Assembly (NCBI GenBank): GCA_021734065.1
Contig: JAIPJQ010000004.1
Span: 1-55,335 of the forward strand
Source of the DNA: Fidelibacterota bacterium
GTDB taxonomy: Bacteria; Fidelibacterota; UBA8477
Length of the DNA: 55,335 nt
Reading direction: 5' to 3'
Shown: positions 1-9,393 of the stretch, one piece after another
How positions within the stretch are numbered: the stretch's first letter is position 1
Layout: each line of letters starts with the position of its first letter
Position numbers and translations under genes: made by a program
The notes under the pieces: generated by a model
Databases searched by the model: none
Told to the model about the DNA's origin: nothing
What the model saw: the letters and a program-made list of their open reading frames with translations, nothing else

Positions 1-36
1 CATCTTTGGCAGTGTAACTTCGGGTTGCTGGGTCAT
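1..36 (-). CDS. 5' end of a gene running off the window edge (MTQQPEVTLPKM...), product unknown
   Basis: Minus-strand ATG at 36-34, preceded by a purine-rich RBS-like AAGAAAGGAAG; frame open to the edge; only 12 codons visible. Confidence 0.4.
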   Translation of the reverse strand, partial: MTQQPEVTLPKM

Positions 37-104
37 GGTCGTCTTCCTTTCTTGTTGGTTTGTTTTTTTGTCATCAACAAGATGACGAACCATGACCCTG
101 CTTG

Positions 105-962
105 CTAACTCCTTTTTACAGAAAGAATGTTACGCCACCGTTCGATGAATTTTAATTTGTCTTCTTCAGTCATTTGCTCATACAACCTAGTCACCTTTTT
201 TACATTATAATTCTGTCTATCAAATTTTATTAGGCTGATAGTACTACCGTCGTAATTGTAGGTGTATAGATTAACATTCTTTGTCATGGGCAATGCATAA
301 GACAAATCTTGATCAATTTCATTGCAAATAATTATTCCAACGACCTCTTGCTTGCTTGATTTATTGGCTTTTATCCAACCCATGTATCTTAAAACTTGAC
401 CAATTACCTGATCACTAGCTTTTGTTAGCTTAAGTTCGACTATCATCCACTGATCGGTTTCTCGATTTTGAGTTAATAGATCGATTCTACCAACTTCTTT
501 TGTATCAAATTCTTCGGCTATTAGCCTCCACTCCCTGCCTAGGTCGGTATTTACCCAATTTTTAGCTAAGAAATCTCGGAGTTCCAACTCCTTGGAAAAA
601 TACTCCTTAATTTCAGATGGTTTTTGGGCGCTGAATTCCCATTGCCTTAAAAATCGTTGAGCCTCAGCTTTAGTTCTGAAATTTGCGAGTTTAGGATATT
701 TTTGAAAAGAGCTAATCAGATTCATATCCAATGAAAGAGTAGCTTTGCTTTTACCTAATTTCTCTCGAGCGATCCAAGTCATAGATTGATGATTTTTGTA
801 CAGTTCAAATAGTCTTTTTTCAATTTCGAGTTTTTTGACCCAATGTAATTTTTCATTTATTTGTATCTGTCCCTCCACCTCATTTGACAGGAAATTGAAC
901 CCACATGAACATAATGAATCTTCATCCGGAATTTGACATTTACATAAAAGACATTCTTGCAT
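105..962 (-). CDS. NucS/DUF91-like PD-(D/E)XK endonuclease with N-terminal Cys-rich Zn-ribbon and HTH-like segment
   Basis: C-terminal ELELRDFL...GRIDLL...IVELK...GQVLRYMGW matches the NucS/Mrr-type E..D..ExK..QxxxY signature; N-terminal CLLC...CSC; markedly AT-rich. Confidence 0.75.
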   Translation of the reverse strand: MQECLLCKCQIPDEDSLCSCGFNFLSNEVEGQIQINEKLHWVKKLEIEKRLFELYKNHQSMTWIAREKLGKSKATLSLDMNLISSFQKYPKLANFRTKAEAQRFLRQWEFSAQKPSEIKEYFSKELELRDFLAKNWVNTDLGREWRLIAEEFDTKEVGRIDLLTQNRETDQWMIVELKLTKASDQVIGQVLRYMGWIKANKSSKQEVVGIIICNEIDQDLSYALPMTKNVNLYTYNYDGSTISLIKFDRQNYNVKKVTRLYEQMTEEDKLKFIERWRNILSVKRS

Positions 963-990
963 ACTTATTATCCCAACGATAAAAAGTTAA

Positions 991-2838
991 TTAATCCCCC
1001 ACCCAAACCCGCACATCGCCCTCCCGGCGGGTCAGGCCCTTGGCATCGGTATAGTTTAATAACGGGATAATGACCTTGCGGGATGAATCCAGCATATCGC
1101 GTACATCGGCCACACTGATTTCGGTGTGAGTCAGAAACCAGGATCGTAATTTTGTTATAAATTCCTCAATCTGGCCGGCCGGTAAAAACCGCTCCCCCTC
1201 CAATTGTACCAATTCCCCCCGTTTGATGAGCCATTGCAAAACCTGGTTTTCAGTTTTGGACAGAGATTTTTGAATCTCCTTGATGGAAGGCGGATTGTAG
1301 GGTGTGGCATTGTACGCAGCCATAATTTTATCCCGAACGCTTTGCTGCTCTTCTGTAAGTCCGGCAGAATCACCCGCCAGTTGGTACCGGTCATGCGTCC
1401 GTTTCAACCACCCGGTTTCTACACCATGCTCCAGCACAAACGGCGTAATGGTGTCCATTTTGCCAGCCAGATCTCCTGCCAGCAATCCCTCACTTAGAGG
1501 ATTTTCCGAAGCATACTGCGTCAATTTCCGCCGAATTTCATCCCGGGTCGTCTCAAAATCGGATTTGAAAATCACCTGTCCTGTCCAGACAAAATATTGC
1601 TGGTCATCTTTCAGCTCCCGCTCCAGTTCCGGAAGCGTCCGGGTCAACATCCGGGCAATGGCATTAACAGCCATCGGTTTCCGCGTGAAGCCCAACAAGG
1701 CCTGCAATTGCTGTTGCAGCGTCTCACCCGGTAAGTTTTTCACGCATTCCAGCCGCGCATCATTGCGTTTTAACCGGTTTCCCAACGGCCAGAATAACTC
1801 ACCACCTCCCAGCGTGTGTTCCGGTGAAAAAAAGCGTAATACCACCTTATCACCAAATCCGGCCGAAACGGGTTCCTCCATGAAAAACTGCGTCAGTATG
1901 GACTGGCCCGGTTCACACACGGCATTTTCTAACAAATGGACCCGGCAGACGAATTTGCCTGTTCCCAGATGCAGGTGCAGTCGTTGCCCCGTCTTGACCG
2001 GCTTTTCCCAGTGTGGCAAAACCGTGATTTTCCCCAACCAGCTTTCACTGACCTGAAACATATCGGGAGTGGCTAAAAACGCCCCACGCCCCAACGCTTC
2101 CACACTGGCATTTGCCAGGTTCAACGCTGCCCGATCCCCGAACCGCACCCGTTTCACGTCCCGGTTGTGGTTTTGCAGACCCCGCACCGTGTAAATATCT
2201 CCCTGGGGAAAGACCTGCACCTTCTGGCCGGTATGCAGCTCGTGAGACAGCACCGTTCCGGTTACCACTGTCCCGAACCCCTTCACACTGAACACCCGGT
2301 CGATGGGCAGGCGAAAAACAGCACTGCCGGAGCGTTCCGGCAATTGGGACAGCATCCCATCCAGCGCCGTCCGCAGATCATCAATTCCCTGATTTTTCAC
2401 TGCGGAAACGCGCACAATCGGGGCATCGTGGAATTCGGAATCATCCAGGAATCGACGGACATCATCTTCCACAAGGTCCAGCCATTCTGCGTCCGTCAGG
2501 TCACACTTATTCAGTACCGTCAGGATGTTCTGAATCCCCAGGAGTCTGAGGATATCCAGGTGCTCCCGGGTCTGGGGCATGATACCGTCATCGGCAGCAA
2601 TCACCAGCATTGCCATATCAATGGTGGATACGCCGGTTACCATATTTTTAATGAATTTCTCATGACCCGGCACATCAATAAATGCCACATCATCCCGGTA
2701 AAAAGCAATGCCCATGTCGATGGTGACGCCACGCTGCTTTTCCTCCGGCAGGCGATCCGTATCCTCACCGGTGAGCGCTTTTACCACGGCGGTTTTTCCG
2801 TGGTCAATGTGTCCTGCAAATCCGACGACGCGCTGCAT
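991..2838 (-). CDS. selB: Selenocysteine-specific translation elongation factor
   Basis: GHIDHGKT P-loop, [19 protein letters not shown]-terminal winged helix [23 protein letters not shown]; adjacent to selA. Confidence 0.97.
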   Translation of the reverse strand: MQRVVGFAGHIDHGKTAVVKALTGEDTDRLPEEKQRGVTIDMGIAFYRDDVAFIDVPGHEKFIKNMVTGVSTIDMAMLVIAADDGIMPQTREHLDILRLLGIQNILTVLNKCDLTDAEWLDLVEDDVRRFLDDSEFHDAPIVRVSAVKNQGIDDLRTALDGMLSQLPERSGSAVFRLPIDRVFSVKGFGTVVTGTVLSHELHTGQKVQVFPQGDIYTVRGLQNHNRDVKRVRFGDRAALNLANASVEALGRGAFLATPDMFQVSESWLGKITVLPHWEKPVKTGQRLHLHLGTGKFVCRVHLLENAVCEPGQSILTQFFMEEPVSAGFGDKVVLRFFSPEHTLGGGELFWPLGNRLKRNDARLECVKNLPGETLQQQLQALLGFTRKPMAVNAIARMLTRTLPELERELKDDQQYFVWTGQVIFKSDFETTRDEIRRKLTQYASENPLSEGLLAGDLAGKMDTITPFVLEHGVETGWLKRTHDRYQLAGDSAGLTEEQQSVRDKIMAAYNATPYNPPSIKEIQKSLSKTENQVLQWLIKRGELVQLEGERFLPAGQIEEFITKLRSWFLTHTEISVADVRDMLDSSRKVIIPLLNYTDAKGLTRREGDVRVWVGD

Positions 2839-2939
2839 AGTTCCTTTCTATCCCTTGGTGAACCCTATTGTGTTGCGGTTTTCGCCTGAAAGGTTTTTCT
2901 ATCGTCATTCCGGCGCTCACTGCTGCTGCGAATCGGGCG

Positions 2940-4304
2940 TCAGCTCAAAGCATTCAGCATTCGGATGACCACGGCATCCTGCGATTCCCGCACCGTGCGT
3001 AAATCCAGATAGACGTCATCATCCGCGATATATCCCAGAATTGGCGCTTCAGTCAGGCGTAATTTTTTCGAAAGCGTTTTGGCGTTGAATCGGGCGTGAC
3101 GCAGCTTGAGAGCAACGGATGGAAAGGTATCGGTGGGTGATGCCCCCGAGCCCACCTGCCCCCGGGTTTCCGTTACGGTAATTTCCAAATTATCCGCCGA
3201 AACTGCCGCTACAATTTCCTCAGCACGGCCGGTGAGGGATTCCACGGACAAATTCAGGTCACGGTAAAAGGGAATGTGCGTATCCGGATTGAAATATCCC
3301 CGCAGCGCTTCCAGTGTGAGGAGAATTTGGGTTTTGTCCGTGCGCAGCGCCCGCAGCAGATGGTTTTTTTCAATGGCTTTGATCCAGCGATCCGATCCTA
3401 CGATAATACCGCCCTGTGGACCACCCAGTAATTTATCCACGCTGAAGGTCACCACATCTACACCGGTTTTAATCACCTCCGGAACCAATGGCTCACGTGG
3501 AACACCATATCCGTCCAAATCCACCAATGCACCACTGCCCAGGTCAGCCATTACCGGAATTTGGTGTTTTTGACCGATTTCTACCATTTGCGCCAGAGAC
3601 ACTTCCCGGGTAAACCCCTCAATGCGATAATTGGAACTATGGACCCACAGCAACAAGCTGGTTTTCTTTGAAATGGCGGCTTCATAATCGGCCGGATGGG
3701 TACGGTTGGTGGTACCGATTTCAACCAGCTTGGCACCAGCTTTTTTCAATATTTCAGGAATGCGAAACGATCCACCGATTTCCACCAACTGCCCACGGGA
3801 AATAATCACTTCCTTGCGGTTGGCCAGTGTATTGAGTGCCAACAAAACAGCAGCAGCATTGTTGTTCACCAAAATACCGTTTTCCGCACCAGACAAGGCG
3901 CGTAACCACAGTCGCAGGTGGTCATTGCGGTTGCCACGCTTCCCGGACGCCAAATCCAACTCCAGATTCACATACGCATCAGAGAGCAGCGCCGACATTT
4001 TTTGCACCATGGCAGCACTGTAAGGCGCTCTTCCCAGGCCAGTATGCAGAATGACACCGGTGGCATTAATCACCGGCTTCAGCGGCCACAACACCCGGGA
4101 GAGTTTTAGCTGATAAGCGGAAAGAATTTGCTCCCGATTTTCAATGTTTTCCCCATCTGAATCTGCGCGTAGTTCCGCCAGAAACTCCCGGGCAACCTGC
4201 GTCTTCACCGCATGAGGTGCCGGCACGTCGCGCACGGACTGGAGCAATTGGTCCACGGAGGGTAGGTTTTTGTAGTCGGTATTTTTTTTCGGAATATCAG
4301 CCAT
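2940..4304 (-). CDS. selA: L-seryl-tRNA(Sec) selenium transferase
   Basis: [72 protein letters not shown]; start moved to ATG 4304 (MADIPKK). Confidence 0.96.
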   Translation of the reverse strand: MADIPKKNTDYKNLPSVDQLLQSVRDVPAPHAVKTQVAREFLAELRADSDGENIENREQILSAYQLKLSRVLWPLKPVINATGVILHTGLGRAPYSAAMVQKMSALLSDAYVNLELDLASGKRGNRNDHLRLWLRALSGAENGILVNNNAAAVLLALNTLANRKEVIISRGQLVEIGGSFRIPEILKKAGAKLVEIGTTNRTHPADYEAAISKKTSLLLWVHSSNYRIEGFTREVSLAQMVEIGQKHQIPVMADLGSGALVDLDGYGVPREPLVPEVIKTGVDVVTFSVDKLLGGPQGGIIVGSDRWIKAIEKNHLLRALRTDKTQILLTLEALRGYFNPDTHIPFYRDLNLSVESLTGRAEEIVAAVSADNLEITVTETRGQVGSGASPTDTFPSVALKLRHARFNAKTLSKKLRLTEAPILGYIADDDVYLDLRTVRESQDAVVIRMLNALS

Positions 4305-4366
4305 TTTTAATGGCGGGTCCTTTGGTTGATTGGATCGCAAGCGTTGATTTTAACGAATTCATGGCG

Positions 4367-5122
4367 CTAATCAAGGAGCAGCTTAATTGCAAAGATAATA
4401 ACAGCAACCGAGACCACCTTCTTGATAAAATCATGTCCTTTTTTCACAGAAACCTGGGTACCGATAAGACCGCCCATGATGTTCCCAATTCCCAGGAGAA
4501 AACCCGACAGCCAATTCACCTGGCCATTCAGGGTGAAAATTATGAGCGAAACGGTGGTGAACATCGTAATGATGGCCAATTTGATGGCATTCCCATGGAC
4601 CAGATTCATCCCCTGCCACAGCAGCACGGCCACGAGTAAAAAACCGATTCCAGCCTGGATGTAGCCACCGTAAATCCCAATAAAGAAGTAAATCACGCCA
4701 GCGATTTTCCACCCACCCAGATATTCACCGGGGGTAATATGGTGCGCTTTTTCCCGGTTGGAGACTACCAGCGTGAAAACAGTCATAACCAACATGATGA
4801 CTGCCAGGTGGGTTTTGAACTGTTCATTGCTCACGATGGTGGCCAGCCAGGTGCCCAGTAGTGCGCCCGGCAGAGAAAATGCACCGGCGATGAGACTGAA
4901 TTTACCCGGACTGTAGTTCAGCTGCCTGAACCGTCCCACCGAGATGACATTCTGCATCAGAATCGCCAGCCGGTTGGTGCCATTGGCGATATTGGGCGGC
5001 AGTCCCAGAAAGATGAGTAATGGCAACGTGAGAAAGGAGCCGCCACCGGCCAGGATATTGATAAACCCGGCAGCGATTCCTACGCCCCACATGAGCAATA
5101 ATTCGTACCAGTGTTCGATCAT
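4367..5122 (-). CDS. Sulfite exporter TauE/SafE (TSUP) family membrane transporter
   Basis: GIAAGFINILAGGGSFLTLPLL..GLPPNIANGTNR and GIYGGYIQAGIG repeats; about 8 hydrophobic segments; probable start ATG 5122. Confidence 0.88.
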   Translation of the reverse strand: MIEHWYELLLMWGVGIAAGFINILAGGGSFLTLPLLIFLGLPPNIANGTNRLAILMQNVISVGRFRQLNYSPGKFSLIAGAFSLPGALLGTWLATIVSNEQFKTHLAVIMLVMTVFTLVVSNREKAHHITPGEYLGGWKIAGVIYFFIGIYGGYIQAGIGFLLVAVLLWQGMNLVHGNAIKLAIITMFTTVSLIIFTLNGQVNWLSGFLLGIGNIMGGLIGTQVSVKKGHDFIKKVVSVAVIIFAIKLLLD

Positions 5123-5146
5123 ATCATTCGCCTGCCCCCTGAATTG

Positions 5147-5170
5147 AAAAAAGCCACGCAAGGTGGCTCT
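5147..5170 (-). terminator. Intrinsic terminator downstream of rplS
   Basis: AGCCAC/GTGGCT stem (5152-5157/5163-5168) followed on the minus strand by a U6 tract. Confidence 0.7.
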
Positions 5171-5207
5171 TTCAATTATTGTACCGTGTTGTCAACCCCT
5201 GAGAGGA

Positions 5208-5549
5208 TTAGCGGCGCTCTTTGATCCTGGCTTTCCGTCCACGCAGTTTGCGCAGATAATAGAGCTTGGCACGACGGACCCGTCCGCGACGCACAACACT
5301 AATGCTGGCTAAATTGGGGCTGTGCAGCGGAAAAATCCGCTCCACACCGATGCCGTTTGATATTTTTCTTACCGTAAAAGAGGCGTTGATACCTTTGCCA
5401 GAGCGTGCAATGACATTGCCCTCATAGCGCTGGATTCGCTCTTTATTTCCTTCAATTACCTTCACATCCACAGCCACCGTATCGCCTGCACGAAAATCCG
5501 GAATGTCTGTACGCAACTGATCGGCTACGGTGTTATTGGCCTTGTTCAT
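5208..5549 (-). CDS. rplS: 50S ribosomal protein L19
   Basis: [54 protein letters not shown]. Confidence 0.98.
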   Translation of the reverse strand: MNKANNTVADQLRTDIPDFRAGDTVAVDVKVIEGNKERIQRYEGNVIARSGKGINASFTVRKISNGIGVERIFPLHSPNLASISVVRRGRVRRAKLYYLRKLRGRKARIKERR

Positions 5550-6267
5550 TATCCCTATCCTCCAAACGTCTCATGTATTGCTCAAATAAATCTTTGCGAC
5601 GCTGTTTGGTTCGTTCCAGACGGTGTTCCAACCGCCATTTTTCAATCTCCGCATGGTTCCCGGAGAGCAATACTTCCGGTACCTGCATGCCCCGGTATTC
5701 TGCGGGGCGTGTATACAATGGCGCATCCAATAATCCAAACGGAAAAGTGTCTGAAATTACCGAATCGCCGTCACTGGTTGCATCAGGCAGGAGACGGATA
5801 ATCGCATCGATCATCACGAATGCGGCTAATTCACCACCTGAAAGCACATAATCCCCGATACTGAATTCCTCATCCACCAAGGCTTCCCGCGCTCGCTGGT
5901 CGATTCCTTTGTAACGACCACAGAGAAAAACCAGGTGCTCCTGTGTGGAAAGCCACTGGGCATGCTCCTGATTGAAGGGCTTTCCCTGGGGTGTGAGATA
6001 GATGGTGTGCAATGCTTCATCCGGATAGCGGGATCTAATATCATCAAATGCCCGGAAAATGGGGTCTGGTTTGATCACCATCCCGGGACCGCCGCCGTAG
6101 GGTTCATCATCAATATGACGAAACCGGTCATCGGCATAGTCACGCAAATTCCAGACATTCAATTGCGCCAGATTCTGCTTGAATGCACGCCCCACTATTC
6201 CCATTTCGGCAAATGTCTCTACAATGCCCGGAAAAGTGGAAATCACATCAATTTTCAGGGGATTCAT
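5533..6267 (-). CDS. trmD: tRNA (guanine37-N1)-methyltransferase
   Basis: [51 protein letters not shown]. Confidence 0.98.
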   Translation of the reverse strand: MNPLKIDVISTFPGIVETFAEMGIVGRAFKQNLAQLNVWNLRDYADDRFRHIDDEPYGGGPGMVIKPDPIFRAFDDIRSRYPDEALHTIYLTPQGKPFNQEHAQWLSTQEHLVFLCGRYKGIDQRAREALVDEEFSIGDYVLSGGELAAFVMIDAIIRLLPDATSDGDSVISDTFPFGLLDAPLYTRPAEYRGMQVPEVLLSGNHAEIEKWRLEHRLERTKQRRKDLFEQYMRRLEDRDNEQGQ

Positions 6268-6773
6268 CGCGTTTCCCAGGGAGTTACAGTGATTCGCAGT
6301 GCATTCACATCCACCGCTTCAATCCATTCTTCCACAAATGGAATAAGGGTTTCCGTGTCATCCGGTAACCGGACCTCCAGGATATCCTGGTCCTGATTTA
6401 ACAAGACCTGACTGACCTTCCCGAAATAAGCACCTTCGCTGTCATACACGTCGCAGCCGATTAAGTCCTCCACATAGAATTCAAATTCTTCCAGCTGAGG
6501 CAGCTCATCGTCGTCAGCGTAGAATTCGGTACTTCGCAGGGATTCTGCTGACTCGCGGTTATCAATTCCCGCCAACAGCAGAATAGCGTCCGTATCGGTC
6601 CCCTGGACCATGGTCACCTGATGCGACTCCCAACCTGATTCAGTTTTGACAAAAAGCGTATCTAAAGCTTTCAGGGTATTCAAGTCGATCCCGTGAAGGG
6701 CGACTTTCAGACCACCTTTTACACCATGGGGTTTCCGAACGGTGGCAACAAGGGTACGCTTCTGTTCGGTCAT
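6264..6773 (-). CDS. rimM: Ribosome maturation factor RimM
   Basis: VRKPHGVKG, FYVEDLIGCDV, LIPFVEEWI; canonical position between khpA and trmD. Confidence 0.95.
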   Translation of the reverse strand: MTEQKRTLVATVRKPHGVKGGLKVALHGIDLNTLKALDTLFVKTESGWESHQVTMVQGTDTDAILLLAGIDNRESAESLRSTEFYADDDELPQLEEFEFYVEDLIGCDVYDSEGAYFGKVSQVLLNQDQDILEVRLPDDTETLIPFVEEWIEAVDVNALRITVTPWETR

Positions 6774-6795
6774 GGTGACTTTCTATAGAAGGGGA

Positions 6796-7029
6796 TTACT
6801 CCAATATCTCGAGAATCGCCCGGTTCGTGCCAGCTTTAGCGGAAACCGCAGCCAACAGGGTGCGAAAGGATTTAGCCGTACGACCGGAACGGCCGATGAC
6901 TTTACCCACATCCTCTTTGGCCACATGCAACTCAAAAATCGTCACACGTTCGCTATCAACCTGATTGACCTTCACTTCTTCGGGATGATCCACCAGACTC
7001 TTGGCTACAAATTCAACGAATTCCTTCAT
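6796..7029 (-). CDS. khpA: KH-domain RNA-binding protein (KhpA family)
   Basis: MKEFVEFVAKSLVDHPEEV, DVGKVIGRSGRTA (GxxG); canonical position after rpsP. Confidence 0.93.
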   Translation of the reverse strand: MKEFVEFVAKSLVDHPEEVKVNQVDSERVTIFELHVAKEDVGKVIGRSGRTAKSFRTLLAAVSAKAGTNRAILEILE

Positions 7030-7085
7030 GGGTCTCCCCTTTCCGATTAGCTACCTAGCAGGTTACTCGAACCAAATCGAGACGG

Positions 7086-7682
7086 CTATTTTTCGTCTTT
7101 CGATTCGGACTCTGCATCTTGTTCAGGCTCTTCAGCAGGGGTTTCTGGTGCGGCATCGGTCTCCACAGGTTCTGCCTCGGCTTCAGGGGCAGCAGCTTCT
7201 TCTTTTTTGGGCTCAACAACTTCTTCTGCCTTAGCTGGTGCTTCTTCGGCAACGGGTGCCGGAGCTGCTTCAACTTCAGCTTCAGGTTCAGCTTCGGGTT
7301 GTTGTTGTTCCTTTGCTACTGCTTTATCGGCCTTGGCATCCTGGGACCGCTTGTCGCGTTCCTGGCGAGCCATTTCCCACTTCTGCAGTTCTTTATTCAC
7401 GGTCGCCTCGTCGGCATTTCGCTTTATCAGCTCATATTTCAGGGTCAAGCCCCTCTGCCGCATCAAGGTTTTCACCGTATCAGACATGTTTGCGCCATCG
7501 TCCAACCACTTGAACAGACGACTTTCATCTACCACCACTTCCGCTTTTTCCGGGAGCGGGTTGTACCGACCAATTATCTCAATATAGCGTCCATCACGGG
7601 GCGCTTTGGAATCGGCAACTACGATGCGATATAACGGTAGTTTCTTCCTACCCATTCGCATCAGACGAATTCGAACAGCCAA
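7086..7682 (-). CDS. rpsP: 30S ribosomal protein S16 with long acidic Ala/Glu/Pro-rich C-terminal extension
   Basis: [42 protein letters not shown]; TTG start. Confidence 0.97.
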   Translation of the reverse strand: MAVRIRLMRMGRKKLPLYRIVVADSKAPRDGRYIEIIGRYNPLPEKAEVVVDESRLFKWLDDGANMSDTVKTLMRQRGLTLKYELIKRNADEATVNKELQKWEMARQERDKRSQDAKADKAVAKEQQQPEAEPEAEVEAAPAPVAEEAPAKAEEVVEPKKEEAAAPEAEAEPVETDAAPETPAEEPEQDAESESKDEK

Positions 7683-7703
7683 ACAAAACCTCCATCCATA
7701 AGA

Positions 7704-9026
7704 TTACAATCCAAACGGCATGTTTTTCAACATTTGTCGCTTATTCATTTTTCCAAAGCGTTTCATCATTTTTTGCATCATCTGAAACTGCTTCATTAAC
7801 TGATTTACATCCATTACCGAGGTTCCAGAACCTCTTGCTATGCGTTTTCTCCGACTGCCGTTCAAAACTTGTGGCCGACGACGCTCAAGACTAGTCATTG
7901 AGTTAATGATTGTCTCAATACGTGTCAACCTTTTTTCATCCAAGTTTACATCCTTCAGCCGGTTCATTCCAGGCATTAATCCAACCAAATCGGTGAGATT
8001 GCCCATGGAACGCATTTGCTTCAATTGATCCCTGAAATCCTCCAGATCAAAGCTGTTTTTTCTGAGCTTTTTCTCCAGCTTTTCAGCTTCAGCCACATCG
8101 AAGGTCTCCTGGGCGCGTTCCACCAGGGATACCACATCGCCCATTCCCAGAATACGGCCAGCCAGCCGATCGGGGTGAAACACTTCCAGCGCTGACACCT
8201 GTTCGCCAACACCAATATACTTGATGGGCTTACCGGTAACGGCTCGAATAGACAGCGCTGCCCCTCCACGGGCATCACCATCCAGCTTGGTCAACACCAC
8301 ACCATCAAACTGAACCGCTTCCTGGAAGGATTTGGCGGCATTCACCGCATCTTGTCCGGTCATGCCATCCGCAACAAACAGCGTCTCAGACGGTTTGATG
8401 GCGGATTTAACAGCCTGAACCTCTTCCATCATCCGGGCATCGATGTGCAGCCGACCGGCCGTATCCACAATCACTACATCAGCGGGATACCGTACTGATT
8501 CGCGGATCGCCCGTTGGGCAATGCCCAACACATCCTGATTCCCGGGTTCAGCATAAACGGGCAGGTCATTCTGTTTCCCCAACACCTGTAACTGTTCCAC
8601 CGCAGCGGGACGATACACATCGCAGGCTACCAGGAGCGGATGCCGGCCTTCCTTTGCAAGGCGGCGTCCCAGTTTTGCTACAAATGTGGTTTTTCCGCTA
8701 CCCTGTAAACCCACCACCATGATGATGGCTGGCGAACCGGACAGATTCAGTGGTTGGGCATCCCCACCCAATAATTGGGTGAGTTGGTCATTGATTATTT
8801 TGACGATTTGTTGACCTGGTGTAATGGAGCGGAGAACGGAATCACCCAGGGCTTTTTCTTTTACGGAGGTGATAAAATCCCGGGCAACCTGATAATTCAC
8901 ATCAGCTTCCAGCAGTGCTCGCCGAACCTCCCGCATGGCTTCCGCGATATTCGCATCGGTCAGGCGACCATGTCCCCGCAAACGCTTGAGGACACCTTCT
9001 AAATTCTGACTTAACTGCTCTAACAT
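7704..9026 (-). CDS. ffh: Signal recognition particle protein
   Basis: GLQGSGKTT, DVYRPAA, DTAGRLH, TKLDGDARGGAALS, RILGMGD, Met-rich M domain. Confidence 0.98.
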   Translation of the reverse strand: MLEQLSQNLEGVLKRLRGHGRLTDANIAEAMREVRRALLEADVNYQVARDFITSVKEKALGDSVLRSITPGQQIVKIINDQLTQLLGGDAQPLNLSGSPAIIMVVGLQGSGKTTFVAKLGRRLAKEGRHPLLVACDVYRPAAVEQLQVLGKQNDLPVYAEPGNQDVLGIAQRAIRESVRYPADVVIVDTAGRLHIDARMMEEVQAVKSAIKPSETLFVADGMTGQDAVNAAKSFQEAVQFDGVVLTKLDGDARGGAALSIRAVTGKPIKYIGVGEQVSALEVFHPDRLAGRILGMGDVVSLVERAQETFDVAEAEKLEKKLRKNSFDLEDFRDQLKQMRSMGNLTDLVGLMPGMNRLKDVNLDEKRLTRIETIINSMTSLERRRPQVLNGSRRKRIARGSGTSVMDVNQLMKQFQMMQKMMKRFGKMNKRQMLKNMPFGL

Positions 9027-9393
9027 TTCCGTTCCATTTTTAGCCGCGAAATGTATACGGCCATGAATGGGAGCGCAAGCGTTTTAACCAGCGCAAATTC
9101 AGCGAATATAACACTTATACGGTAAACGAATCGTGGTGGAATTTCATTTAAAGCATCAGACTTTTGTATCAAGTTGGTAAGGCCGGATGAAAGACATCGA
9201 AGGGTGAAAAATGTTGCCCGTGGCATATAGTTTGCACCGCTGGGCATCTAATGCGGACGCCGTGTAACATAGATTTTCACCCACGCGTCACATTTTTTCC
9301 AGGAATCGCCGCAAAAGCGATAGTATTTGTTGAAGGGATTGAAATCGAATCTATATTTTGGCCGTCAAATGGATAAATGGAGCAGTGGTAAGT

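Noticed and set aside
1304-2889. 250-aa and 240-aa plus-strand ORFs
   Set aside because: Antisense shadows of selB with no domain signal
2839-2939. Possible tRNA-Sec (selC) or SECIS between selA and selB
   Set aside because: No cloverleaf, UCA anticodon arm or T-loop found; the frame after the selA UGA soon reaches TAG, with no sign of recoding
4299-4316. GCCATT/AATGGC mini-hairpin over the selA start codon
   Set aside because: Only 6 bp with a 3-nt loop; easily arises by chance
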